Assembly (NCBI RefSeq): GCF_001735745.1
Contig: NZ_CP017260.1
Location: 2,370,001 to 2,402,000 of the forward strand
Reading direction: 5' to 3'
Origin: Formosa sp. Hel1_33_131
GTDB taxonomy: Bacteria > Bacteroidota > Bacteroidia > Flavobacteriales > Flavobacteriaceae
DNA length: 32,000 nucleotides
The position numbers and the translations under genes are program-made. This document shows positions 14,698 to 23,964 of the stretch, in pieces; the stretch's first letter is position 1; every line of letters begins with the position of its first letter. The notes under the pieces are model-generated. The model had not been told where the DNA came from and made no database searches. It was given only the letters and a program-made list of their open reading frames with translations.

Positions 14698-15717
14698 ATG
14701 CAAATAGATTTAAGAAGCGATACCGTTACAAGACCCTCCAAAGGGATGTTGGACGCAATGAGGACTGCCAAATTAGGCGACGATGTCTATGCAGAAGATC
14801 CAACGGTAAATGCCTTAGAAGCTCGAGTAGCCGCTCTTTTTGGAAAACCAAAAGCCTTGTTTTTCCCTTCTGGAACGATGGCCAATCAAACGGCTATCAA
14901 ACTCCATACTCAACCCGGAGAGCAATTGATATGCGATAAATATGCACATGTCTATAATTATGAAGGCGGTGGTGTTTCTTTTAATAGCGGAGTGTCGTGT
15001 CAACTTGTGGACGGACATCGGGGTATGATGACGGCGGCTCAAGTAGAAGCAGCGATCAATCCTCCTGATTTTTACCACAGTCCATTGATCTCTTTGGTGA
15101 CCTTAGAAAATACGACCAATAAAGGCGGTGGCGCTTGTTGGGATTTTAATGAGATTTCAAAAATTCGTACGGTTTGTGATGCCCATGAATTAGGACTCCA
15201 TTTGGATGGCGCCCGTTTATGGAATGCACTCGTTGCTAAACCAGAAAGTGCACTTCAGTACGGTCAAGTTTTTGACACCATTTCGGTCTGTTTTAGTAAA
15301 GGTTTAGGCGCTCCCGTGGGCTCTATGTTGGTTGGTGACGAAGATCTGCTGAACAAAGCCTTGCGCGTTCGAAAAATGTTGGGTGGTGGCATGCGTCAAA
15401 TAGGATCGCTGGCAGCAGCAGCATCTTACGCGTTGGACCACCAATACGATCGCCTTAAAGACGACCATCAAAAAGCAAAAGACATTGCAGAAGTGTTGCA
15501 ACAGTTGGAAGCTGTTTCAAGTGTTGAACCTGTGGAAACTAACATTGTCATATTCAAACTAAACCCAAACATCCCTGAAGCGCTGTTTTTAGACAATTTA
15601 AAAGCACACGATATTCTTGTAAGCGATATGGGAAGTGGCAAGTTGAGAATGGTCACACATTTAGATTATACCGATGCCATGCATGCCAATCTTTTAGAAA
15701 TTTTGCGCAAACCCTAA
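14698..15717 (+). CDS. ltaE: low-specificity L-threonine aldolase
   Basis: I place the start at the ATG at 14698 (MQIDLRSDTVTRPS...), which is the family's typical N-terminus. GTMANQ and the PLP-Lys context FSKGLGAPVGS are present. The track's extra 13 aa look spurious. Confidence 0.9.
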   Translation: MQIDLRSDTVTRPSKGMLDAMRTAKLGDDVYAEDPTVNALEARVAALFGKPKALFFPSGTMANQTAIKLHTQPGEQLICDKYAHVYNYEGGGVSFNSGVSCQLVDGHRGMMTAAQVEAAINPPDFYHSPLISLVTLENTTNKGGGACWDFNEISKIRTVCDAHELGLHLDGARLWNALVAKPESALQYGQVFDTISVCFSKGLGAPVGSMLVGDEDLLNKALRVRKMLGGGMRQIGSLAAAASYALDHQYDRLKDDHQKAKDIAEVLQQLEAVSSVEPVETNIVIFKLNPNIPEALFLDNLKAHDILVSDMGSGKLRMVTHLDYTDAMHANLLEILRKP

Positions 15718-15764
15718 TTATTTTTTGTAAGTTTATGGATTGAAAAAACTTAATCTAAACGCTT

Positions 15765-17897
15765 ATGAAACTCAAAATCTTTTCTCTAATTTTAATAAGT
15801 TCACTTTTTTCTTGTGATACTAAGACTCAGAAATCAATGTCAGAATTACCAAATGCTCCAATAGCAAAACAAATTCCTAAAAATTTAACAATGCACGACG
15901 ATGTGCGTGTTGATGAATTTTATTGGTTAAACGATAGAGAAAATCCAGAAGTGATTGACTATCTCAATAAAGAAAACGACTATTATAACGCCCATACGGG
16001 GCATACCAAAAAATTTCAAACAGATTTGTTTGATGAAATGAAGTCTAGAATTAAGGAAGATGACAGTTCAGTCCCTTATAAATATAACGGCTATTGGTAC
16101 ATTACTAAATATGAAAAAGGGAAAGATTATCCTATTTACACACGAAAAAAAGAAACTTTAGAGGCGGCAGAAGAATTGCTGTTTGATTGTAACGACATGG
16201 CCAAAGATCATTCGTATTTTAGATTGGTTGGGTTGAATATAAATTCTAATAACGATTTAATTTCTTACGGGATTGATACCACAGGCAGACGTCAATATAC
16301 ATTACACATCAAAGATCTTAAAACCAATGAAGTTTTTAAGGATGAAATTTCTAATACAACGGGTGGCAGTACTTGGGCAAATGACAACAAAACCTTGTTT
16401 TATACGCTGAAAGACGAAACAACGTTGCGTTCCGAAGCGATCTATAAACACCGATTGAATACAGATCCAAAATCAGATGAATTGATTTATGAAGAAACAG
16501 ACGACACTTTTGGAGTCAGTGTTTATAAAACCAAATCTGACAAATATTTGGTCATTGCGAGTTACAGTACCTTAACATCGGAATATCAGATTTTAAATGC
16601 TAATACTCCTGATGGCGATTTCAAAATATTTCAAGCGAGAACTCGAGGTTTAGAATATGGTATTTCTCATTTTGAAGACTCCTTTTATGTCGTCTCAAAT
16701 GCCGATGGCGCTCAAAACTTTAAGCTATCAAAAACATCGGAAACACAAACTGAAAAAAAATATTGGAAAGATGTGATTCCGCATCGAGAAGCGGTATTGT
16801 TGGAAGACATCGAAATATTTAAAGACTTTTTAGTGGTTTCAGAGCGTGAAAACGGATTGAATCACATCCACATCAAACGTTGGGACGGAACTGATAGTTA
16901 CTACCTTCCTTTTGACAGTGAAACTTATACAGCTTACACCACTACGAATATTGATTTTGACACCACTGTTTTACGATACGGCTATCAGTCTTTGACCACA
17001 CCTTCTTCTGTGATTGATTTTGACATGGTGACGAAAACCAAAACCGTTCAAAAAGAACAAGAAGTATTGGGAGGAAAGTTTAAAAAAGAAAATTATACGT
17101 CTGAACGTTTGTGGGCGACCGCTGTGGATGGGACTCAAATCCCAATCTCTTTAATACGCCGTGTGGATACTAAAAAATCATCTGACACTCCTTTGTTATT
17201 ATATGCTTATGGATCTTATGGAAGCACAATTGACCCGTATTTCTCCACGGTTCGAATGAGTCTTTTAGACCGTGGGTTTATTTTTGCAATTGCACACATT
17301 AGAGGGGGACAGTATTTAGGTCGTCAATGGTATGAAGATGGAAAACTATTTAAAAAGAAAAATACCTTTTCAGATTTTGTGGACTGTTCAAAATATTTAA
17401 TTGAAAACAATTATACCTCTGCTAAGCATCATTATGCGATGGGTGGGAGTGCTGGTGGATTGTTGATGGGAGCGATTATCAATTTAGCTCCTGAATTATA
17501 CAATGGCGTCGTAGCGCAGGTGCCTTTTGTAGATGTCGTCACCACCATGTTAGACGATAGTATTCCGTTGACCACAGGAGAGTATGACGAGTGGGGGAAT
17601 CCTAACGAAAAAGACTACTACGAGTATATGAAATCGTATTCACCTTATGATAATATTTCCAATAAATCGTACCCTAATATGTTAGTGACCACGGGACTGC
17701 ACGATTCACAAGTTCAGTATTGGGAGCCGGCTAAATGGGTGGCGCGCTTGAGAGCACAGAATAAAAACACGTCTCAACTGTATCTTCAAACCAATATGGA
17801 GGCAGGACATGGAGGTGCTTCTGGACGTTTTGAAGCTCTGAAAGAAGTGGCAGCAGAGTATGCGTTTTTATTAGATCTTGAATCGATTTCAAAATAG
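15765..17897 (+). CDS. ptrB: oligopeptidase B (S9A serine protease), lipoprotein-type signal
   Basis: 710 aa. The N-terminus PIAKQIPKNLTMHDDVRVDEFYWLNDRENPEVIDYLNKEN parallels E. coli PtrB. Catalytic Ser in GGSAGGLLMG. Asp and His regions are LHDSQV and EAGHGG. Confidence 0.9.
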   Translation: MKLKIFSLILISSLFSCDTKTQKSMSELPNAPIAKQIPKNLTMHDDVRVDEFYWLNDRENPEVIDYLNKENDYYNAHTGHTKKFQTDLFDEMKSRIKEDDSSVPYKYNGYWYITKYEKGKDYPIYTRKKETLEAAEELLFDCNDMAKDHSYFRLVGLNINSNNDLISYGIDTTGRRQYTLHIKDLKTNEVFKDEISNTTGGSTWANDNKTLFYTLKDETTLRSEAIYKHRLNTDPKSDELIYEETDDTFGVSVYKTKSDKYLVIASYSTLTSEYQILNANTPDGDFKIFQARTRGLEYGISHFEDSFYVVSNADGAQNFKLSKTSETQTEKKYWKDVIPHREAVLLEDIEIFKDFLVVSERENGLNHIHIKRWDGTDSYYLPFDSETYTAYTTTNIDFDTTVLRYGYQSLTTPSSVIDFDMVTKTKTVQKEQEVLGGKFKKENYTSERLWATAVDGTQIPISLIRRVDTKKSSDTPLLLYAYGSYGSTIDPYFSTVRMSLLDRGFIFAIAHIRGGQYLGRQWYEDGKLFKKKNTFSDFVDCSKYLIENNYTSAKHHYAMGGSAGGLLMGAIINLAPELYNGVVAQVPFVDVVTTMLDDSIPLTTGEYDEWGNPNEKDYYEYMKSYSPYDNISNKSYPNMLVTTGLHDSQVQYWEPAKWVARLRAQNKNTSQLYLQTNMEAGHGGASGRFEALKEVAAEYAFLLDLESISK

Positions 17898-17914
17898 ATT
17901 TGAAAAAATTATTG

Positions 17915-17922
17915 TAATTTTG
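17915..17922 (+). promoter_or_regulatory. Bacteroidota-type -7 promoter box (TAnnTTTG)
   Basis: TAATTTTG, 23 nt upstream of the start at 17945. Confidence 0.4.
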
Positions 17923-17944
17923 TAGCTTACTTAAATACACAAAC

Positions 17945-18988
17945 TTGGTAAATAAAGATAAATTGATATTTGATAATGTACTAGAGCTGGTTGGAAACAC
18001 GCCTCTTGTGAAGTTGAATACTATTTTGTCGGGTTCTCCTGGTACCTTTATTGCTAAATTGGAATGTTTCAATCCGGGACATTCTTCTAAAGACCGTATT
18101 GCACTTCATATTATTGAAGATGCTGAAAAAAAAGGGATTCTTAAACCAGGCGATACCATTATTGAAACAACTTCTGGAAACACAGGTTTTAGTATTGCGA
18201 TGGTCAGTATTATCAAAGGGTATAAATGTGTATTAGCCGTCAGTTCAAAATCGTCTTTAGATAAAATTGACATGCTCAAGAGTATGGGAGCGAAGGTCTA
18301 TGTGTGCCCAGCACACGTAAGTGCCGACGATCCACGTTCGTATTACGAAGTAGCAAAACGTTTGCACAAAGAACTTGAAGGATCGGTCTATATCAACCAA
18401 TATTTTAATAGTTTAAATACAGAGGCGCATTACCAATCTACGGGGCCAGAATTATGGCAGCAAACCCAAGGTAAAATCACGCATTTAGTAGCGTGTAGTG
18501 GCACAGGTGGTACCATTTCAGGGGCTGCAAACTATTTAAAAGAACAAAATCCAGACATTAAAATTATAGGCGTGGATGCTTATGGTTCGGTGTTGAAAAA
18601 ATACCATGAAACCAAAGAGTTTGATTCCAATGAAATATATCCCTATCGCATTGAAGGGCTTGGTAAAAACTTGGTTCCTACAGCTACCGACTTTGATTCG
18701 ATTGACGAGTTTGTTAAAGTCACGGATGAAGACAGTGCGCATACTGCAAGAGAGTTGGCACAAACGGAAGGCTTGTTTGCAGGCTATACGTCAGGAGCCG
18801 TTGTTCAGGCCGTCAAACAACTCAATCAAAAAGATACTTTTAAATCTACAGACGTTGTTGTTTTAATTTTTCCAGATCACGGATCCAGATACATGAGTAA
18901 AGTGTTTAATGACCAATGGATGGAAGATCAAGGCTTTTTTGATGCTAAAAATGAGGTGGTTGCTCAAAGTATTGAGTTTATTGAGTAG
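17945..18988 (+). CDS. PLP-dependent cysteine synthase / cystathionine beta-synthase-like enzyme lacking CBS domains (candidate cysteate synthase, CapA-like)
   Basis: 347 aa. Fold-type II PLP enzyme: [11 protein letters not shown]-Lys in [20 protein letters not shown]. The start is a TTG, so the exact start is uncertain. The CapA-like reading rests on context only. Confidence 0.85.
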   Translation: MVNKDKLIFDNVLELVGNTPLVKLNTILSGSPGTFIAKLECFNPGHSSKDRIALHIIEDAEKKGILKPGDTIIETTSGNTGFSIAMVSIIKGYKCVLAVSSKSSLDKIDMLKSMGAKVYVCPAHVSADDPRSYYEVAKRLHKELEGSVYINQYFNSLNTEAHYQSTGPELWQQTQGKITHLVACSGTGGTISGAANYLKEQNPDIKIIGVDAYGSVLKKYHETKEFDSNEIYPYRIEGLGKNLVPTATDFDSIDEFVKVTDEDSAHTARELAQTEGLFAGYTSGAVVQAVKQLNQKDTFKSTDVVVLIFPDHGSRYMSKVFNDQWMEDQGFFDAKNEVVAQSIEFIE

Positions 18989-19015
18989 TTGTAATACATT
19001 ACCAAAACCTCAAAT

Positions 19016-19465
19016 ATGAAATTTAAATACATTGAAATTAAAGACGCTTATTGAGAGATTAAAAAATTTCTTGAACACGCTTCAGGTGAGAAAATAAATA
19101 ATCTGAATACCAAAATTGTTGATGACTTAAAATTTTTGGGCGATGATAATTATTTCTTACTTATTGAATTTATTGAAAAATATAATTTGAATTTCGATAA
19201 GTTCGAATATGATAAACACTTTGAATCCGAGGGCGATTTCATTGGATTCAAAAATCTGGTACTTGGACTTTTAAAATTGCCTGTATTGATAATAAACAGC
19301 TTAATTATAAAATACTTTTCGATAACTCTATATATTAGGATTGATAATTTTTTCTTTGATAGAACAAATGAGAAAAAAGATTTGACATTTGGTGATTTGA
19401 TTTTAAGTAAGCTAAAGTGGGAATTCTGTCTTAGAGATGAATGTAGAGTTCAACTTGCAAAATAA
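19016..19465 (+). pseudogene. DUF1493-like small protein with an in-frame TGA at codon 13
   Basis: The ATG at 19016 gives MKFKYIEIKDAY, then TGA (19052-19054). The same frame continues EIKKFLEHASGEKINNLNTKIVDDLKFLGDDNYFLLIEFIEKYNLNFDKFEYDKHFESEG... into the track ORF 19136..19465. The DL.F.GDD...F.EKY...F.F..YF..EG pattern resembles DUF1493; that recognition is from memory. Confidence 0.5.
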
Positions 19466-19719
19466 AGACACTACTATACGGAGTTTGAAACTTAGCTAAC
19501 AAGAGCTAATACAAAATTGAAGTATTAAAAAAAAATGGTATAGGAATAATGGTAATTGATACAGCACCAAAAGAAATTGAAAAAATGAGAAAAGAAACAC
19601 TTGATGAAGTTAAAGAATTTGCAAAAGAAAATGGTGTCGATTTTTGGTATTGTTCTTGATTTAGAACTTAAAATCGAGCAATAAATCAAACTTTATTAAA
19701 AAAATATTATCTTTGGTAT

Positions 19720-19965
19720 ATGAAAACGACAGATTTAAATACCGCATTACTTGATAATTATTTTGGACTTATAAAAAATTTAAGTCCAGAAATTAAAATT
19801 AATTTAATCGAAAAAATCGCAAAAACCTTGAAAGGAAATGTTACAAGCAGTAACAGTTCATTAACTGATGCATTTGGTGCGTGGAAATCAAAAAAATCAG
19901 CAGATGAAATATTAATTGAATTAAGAGATCACAGAAATTTCGATAGACAAATTGAAGCTTTATAA
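19720..19965 (+). CDS. antitoxin partner of the PIN toxin (VapB-like role)
   Basis: 81-aa ORF whose stop overlaps the PIN gene start (TAATG). The C-terminus ...FGAWKSKKSADEILIELRDHRNFDRQIEAL is typical of the small antitoxins found upstream of Bacteroidota PIN genes. Assigned from context. Confidence 0.6.
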   Translation: MKTTDLNTALLDNYFGLIKNLSPEIKINLIEKIAKTLKGNVTSSNSSLTDAFGAWKSKKSADEILIELRDHRNFDRQIEAL

Positions 19966-20360
19966 TGAAATGTTTATTAGACACAAATATTTCTATTTAC
20001 TTTATGAAAGGTCTTTATAATCTTGATGAAAAAATCAAAAAGGCAGGAATTGAAAATTGTTATATTTCTGAAATAACACTTGCCGAGTTGAAATTCGGAG
20101 TTGAAAACAGTGAACAAAAAAAGAAAAATAAAGAAGTATTAGATAATTTCATAAACGGAATTAAAATTGTTCCTATTTATAACTCTCTTGACTTTTATGC
20201 AATTGAAAAAGCAAGATTAAGAAAAAACGGAAATACTGTAGATGATTTTGATTTGTTAATTGGAGCAAGTGCTGTTTCAAATAACATGACGCTTGTAACA
20301 AATAACATCAAGCATTTCAAAAATATTAAAAATATTGAAATTCAAGATTGGACGCAATAA
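19965..20360 (+). CDS. vapC: type II toxin VapC (PIN-domain ribonuclease)
   Basis: 131 aa. Acidic PIN residues fall in the expected places: LLDTN (D6), ISEITLAEL (E), DDFDLLIGASAV (D), and a LVTNNIKHF tail. Confidence 0.85.
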   Translation: MKCLLDTNISIYFMKGLYNLDEKIKKAGIENCYISEITLAELKFGVENSEQKKKNKEVLDNFINGIKIVPIYNSLDFYAIEKARLRKNGNTVDDFDLLIGASAVSNNMTLVTNNIKHFKNIKNIEIQDWTQ

Positions 20361-20558
20361 AAAACACAAAGAAGGTTTATCAACTGATTTGGAAACAGCG
20401 AAAGAAATTGAACAGAAGTTAGAAGAACATCGCAATAGTAAAAACTAAATTCAAGGTATATAAACCAATTAGCCTCCACTTTCTTAATTCAAATCATTCA
20501 CACAGGGTTCATATCTGTTTAATTGCTTAAATTATTATGTATTCATAATATTATTGTA

Positions 20559-20566
20559 TAATTTTG
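20559..20566 (+). promoter_or_regulatory. Bacteroidota-type -7 promoter box (TAnnTTTG)
   Basis: TAATTTTG, 23 nt upstream of the ATG at 20589. Confidence 0.4.
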
Positions 20567-20588
20567 TGGAGCAAACTAACTAGGAATC

Positions 20589-21851
20589 ATGATGAGAGAT
20601 TTATTCGAAAAGATATATAAAGACAAAGGTCCTTTAGGTAAATGGGCAAGCTATGCAGAAGGCTATTTTGTGTTTCCAAAATTGGAAGGTCAGATTTCCA
20701 ACCGTATGAAATTTCAGGGGAAAGATGTCATCACTTGGAGTATAAATGATTATTTAGGTCTTGCAAACCATCCTGAAGTTAGAAAAGTGGATGCTGAAGC
20801 TGCCAAAGATTATGGGTCTGCCTATCCGATGGGCGCTCGAATGATGTCTGGTCACACTTCGCTTCATGAGCAACTACAAAATGAATTAGCAGAATTTGTA
20901 AGTAAAGAAGCGACCTACCTCTTAAATTTTGGATACCAAGGAATCATGTCCACAATTGATGCATTGGTTGGGAAGGATGATATTATCGTGTATGATGTGG
21001 ACTCACATGCTTGTATTATTGACGGCGTTCGTTTGCACATGGGAAAACGATTTACGTATAAGCACAACGATATTGAAAGTTTAGAAAAAAACTTGGAGCG
21101 TGCCACCAAAATGGCTGAACATACAGGCGGTGGAATTTTAGTAATTTCCGAAGGTGTTTTTGGAATGCGCGGCGAACAAGGGAAGCTAAAAGAAATTGCA
21201 GCGTTGAAAAATAAATTCAACTTTAGATTTTTAGTAGACGATGCACACGGCTTTGGAACATTGGGAAAAACAGGCGCAGGCGCAGGAGAAGAACAAGGAG
21301 TTCAAGATGAGATTGATGTGTATTTTGCAACCTTTGCCAAATCCATGGCAAGTACAGGCGCTTTTATTGCCGCTGATAAAGAAATTATTGATTATTTAAA
21401 ATACAATTTACGTTCACAAATGTTTGCAAAATCCTTGCAAATGCAATTGGTGAAAGGCGCTCTCAAACGTTTGGACATGCTTCGAACCATGCCCGAACTT
21501 AAAGAAAACCTTTGGATGATTGTAAATGCATTGCAATCGGGCTTACGCGAAAGAGGATTCGATTTAGGAACCACTCAAAGTTGTGTGACACCCGTATATC
21601 TAAAAGGAAGTATTCCTGAAGCGATGGCCTTGGTAAAAGACCTGCGTGAAAATCATGGAATTTTCTGTTCCATCGTGGTATATCCAGTGATTCCTAAAGG
21701 ACTCATATTGCTGAGGTTGATTCCAACGTCTATGCATACCTTAGCAGATGTAGATGAAACTTTAAAGGCATTTTCTGTAATTAGAGAACGCTTAGAAAAA
21801 GGAGTTTATAAGCGTCTTTCTGCTTCTGTTGCAGCAGCCATGGGGGAGTAG
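20589..21851 (+). CDS. serine-palmitoyltransferase-like alpha-oxoamine synthase (candidate cysteate-C-fatty-acyltransferase, CapB/SulA-like)
   Basis: 420 aa. INDYLGLANHP, DSHACIIDG, DDAHGFG. The PLP-Lys context TFAKSMASTGAF resembles the TFSKS motif of SPT rather than the TLGKALGG of Kbl or the FGKALG of BioF. A genuine bioF is present elsewhere in the window. Confidence 0.85.
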   Translation: MMRDLFEKIYKDKGPLGKWASYAEGYFVFPKLEGQISNRMKFQGKDVITWSINDYLGLANHPEVRKVDAEAAKDYGSAYPMGARMMSGHTSLHEQLQNELAEFVSKEATYLLNFGYQGIMSTIDALVGKDDIIVYDVDSHACIIDGVRLHMGKRFTYKHNDIESLEKNLERATKMAEHTGGGILVISEGVFGMRGEQGKLKEIAALKNKFNFRFLVDDAHGFGTLGKTGAGAGEEQGVQDEIDVYFATFAKSMASTGAFIAADKEIIDYLKYNLRSQMFAKSLQMQLVKGALKRLDMLRTMPELKENLWMIVNALQSGLRERGFDLGTTQSCVTPVYLKGSIPEAMALVKDLRENHGIFCSIVVYPVIPKGLILLRLIPTSMHTLADVDETLKAFSVIRERLEKGVYKRLSASVAAAMGE

Positions 21852-21855
21852 TTAG

Positions 21856-22971
21856 TTACAACTCTTTTCTAAACGTACATCGTTTTTTAATCAACACGGG
21901 ATTAAAATCGCGCCATAATTTTTGAATCGCCAAATTGTCCGCTAATTCTGGCGTTCTTCGACATTCTAAAATACCTTTCTCTTGAAAGGTTCTATGAAAT
22001 GCGCTAAAAATAATGGAATGTACGCCCTTCTTTTGGTATTCAGGATGGACGCCAATTAAATAGAAATTCACTTTTTTTGACTGCTTTGCTTTCAGAATAT
22101 GAAAAATTCCAAACGGAAATAATTTACCGTTTATTTTTTGTAGTGCTTCTGCAAAAGAAGGCATTACAACTCCAAACGCAACCAATTCATCTGCCTCATT
22201 CACCACAAATTTAATGTATTCCGGATTGATGAAATTTAAAAATTTCTTCTTTAAAAATGCTTTTTGAATGTCTGTAATCTCTACAAACGAGGACAAGGAT
22301 GCATAGCTTTGATTAAATAAATCAAACATCTTATCTGCATACGGCATTAGGTCTTTTGTTTTATTAAAATCCAAAGCCTTTAAGTTGTAACGATCTTTAA
22401 TGACTGCTTCGAGTCGGTTTGAATCCGCGATTAAAATGTCACTAAACTGATGCTTATGTTCTACATATTCTTTTTCAACTTTAAAGTTCAACAAATTTAA
22501 GTGTTCCACATAATAGGAGTGATTATACCAAGAAACCATGGTGCCAATTTCATCATAGCCATAAGTGAGAACCCCCACTTTGTCTAAGTTAGAAAAACCA
22601 ATAGGCCCTTCCATATAGCTTAAGTTTTGCGCTTTTCCAATGGTTTCTACTTTGGCTAACAATGCTTTTGTAACTTCAAGATCGTCAACCATATCCATCC
22701 ATCCAAACCTAATTTTATGGCTATCTTTATTCCCGACTTCCAGCCAATTAATGATGGCCGCCACACGCCCTACAATTTCCCCATCTTTATAAGCTAGAAA
22801 CAACTGCGCATCCGCATTTTGGAGCACAGGGTTTGTGTTTTTGTCAAACACTTTAATTTCTTCGCTTATGATTGGAGGAACCCAATACTTAGAATCTTTG
22901 TAGAGTGAAAATGGGAACGTTACAAATTGTTTTATCTCCTTCTTAGAAACCGCTTCTTTAATGGTTATCAT
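21856..22971 (-). CDS. GNAT-motif acyltransferase-like protein, function unknown
   Basis: 371 aa. The C-terminal region carries an acyl-CoA-binding motif of GNAT motif-A type (FYLIGVHPEYQKKGVHSIIFSAF). It starts 6 nt after the stop of the upstream porin-like gene and is convergent with the SPT-like gene, 4 nt apart. Confidence 0.7.
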   Translation of the reverse strand: MITIKEAVSKKEIKQFVTFPFSLYKDSKYWVPPIISEEIKVFDKNTNPVLQNADAQLFLAYKDGEIVGRVAAIINWLEVGNKDSHKIRFGWMDMVDDLEVTKALLAKVETIGKAQNLSYMEGPIGFSNLDKVGVLTYGYDEIGTMVSWYNHSYYVEHLNLLNFKVEKEYVEHKHQFSDILIADSNRLEAVIKDRYNLKALDFNKTKDLMPYADKMFDLFNQSYASLSSFVEITDIQKAFLKKKFLNFINPEYIKFVVNEADELVAFGVVMPSFAEALQKINGKLFPFGIFHILKAKQSKKVNFYLIGVHPEYQKKGVHSIIFSAFHRTFQEKGILECRRTPELADNLAIQKLWRDFNPVLIKKRCTFRKEL

Positions 22972-22977
22972 ACTGCT

Positions 22978-23964
22978 TTAGTCCTCATCAAAATTAGTAT
23001 TCTTTTTCTTCTTTTTTCTTTTATCAGCATTTTGGGAACGGGATTTTCGTTCGCCTTGTTCTTCTGCAGACGTGCCATTATCAGGTTTGTTTTTATCCTT
23101 GTGGCGATCCAATCGATAGGAGGCTCCAAAATTCAGACTCATGACAGCAGGTGTGTTTTTAGTATTGAATGTGAGGGCCGTGTCTAGTTGTAAATTCTTA
23201 TTCAACAAATAACCACCTCCAAATCGAAACAAATTATCTGCATAAAATTCACTTTTTATACCTTGTGTTTCTCCAAAAATTACCCATTTTGGATCGAAGG
23301 AATGTGTAAGCGTCAAAATGTATTGAAAATCCGTTTGCTCACTTCCAATGCGATCTAGCATAAAATTTGTGATAAATACCCATCCTCCAGAAAAATTATT
23401 CTGCGTAATGACAACCCCTCGATAGCTGAGCCCTTCTACTGTCGGTGCTGTGTATGGACTGTCTTTGATATCATAATTTACACCTGCGGCCACAGAAACG
23501 GCAGGTAGTAAACTGCTCCATTTGAATCCATTATTGGCGTGGTAACTGTATAAATTTGGTTTGTCTTCTTTGTTTTTATGGGGGTCATACACCAGATATT
23601 TGGCTCCAATGTTGAGGTTTTTAAAATTTGCACGTTCAATTTCTACATCCTCAAGCGATGTATAAGTTTGGGTGTCCTTCTGAAAAGTTCCTTGAATATT
23701 AAATTCTAGAGCTTCTTTCCAAAAACCATAATGGGCTGCAAAATCAACCCCATATCCAGAGACTTCATACTTTGGATAGAGACCTCGTTTTTCCTTAATC
23801 ATATATGGACCAACTTCAAACTGCAAAACTTTGGTGCCTACAGAAAATGCACTCTGGGAAGCGCCCGGTCGGTTTGAGTTTATAACATCGGTATATTGTG
23901 CGTGCACAGTGCTACACATACACAGAAGTATTGTAAAAGTAATGAGGTTGGATAGAATTTTCAT
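22978..23964 (-). CDS. outer-membrane beta-barrel channel (MetA/phenol-degradation-type transporter-like)
   Basis: 328 aa. Signal peptide ...CSTVHAQ. NRPGASQSAFSVGTKVLQFEVG matches that OMP family's N-terminal signature as I recall it. Alternating beta-strand pattern follows. It ends in a charged 45-aa tail containing KRKKKKK. Confidence 0.65.
   Translation of the reverse strand: MKILSNLITFTILLCMCSTVHAQYTDVINSNRPGASQSAFSVGTKVLQFEVGPYMIKEKRGLYPKYEVSGYGVDFAAHYGFWKEALEFNIQGTFQKDTQTYTSLEDVEIERANFKNLNIGAKYLVYDPHKNKEDKPNLYSYHANNGFKWSSLLPAVSVAAGVNYDIKDSPYTAPTVEGLSYRGVVITQNNFSGGWVFITNFMLDRIGSEQTDFQYILTLTHSFDPKWVIFGETQGIKSEFYADNLFRFGGGYLLNKNLQLDTALTFNTKNTPAVMSLNFGASYRLDRHKDKNKPDNGTSAEEQGERKSRSQNADKRKKKKKNTNFDED

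Noticed and set aside
20589-21851. Annotation as 2-amino-3-ketobutyrate CoA ligase (Kbl) or a second BioF
   Set aside because: The PLP-lysine context (TFAKSMASTGAF), the 420-aa length and the N-terminal region resemble serine-palmitoyltransferase-type enzymes more than Kbl or BioF. A genuine bioF sits in the bio operon. I keep it as an SPT-like/CapB-like candidate, pending a database comparison.
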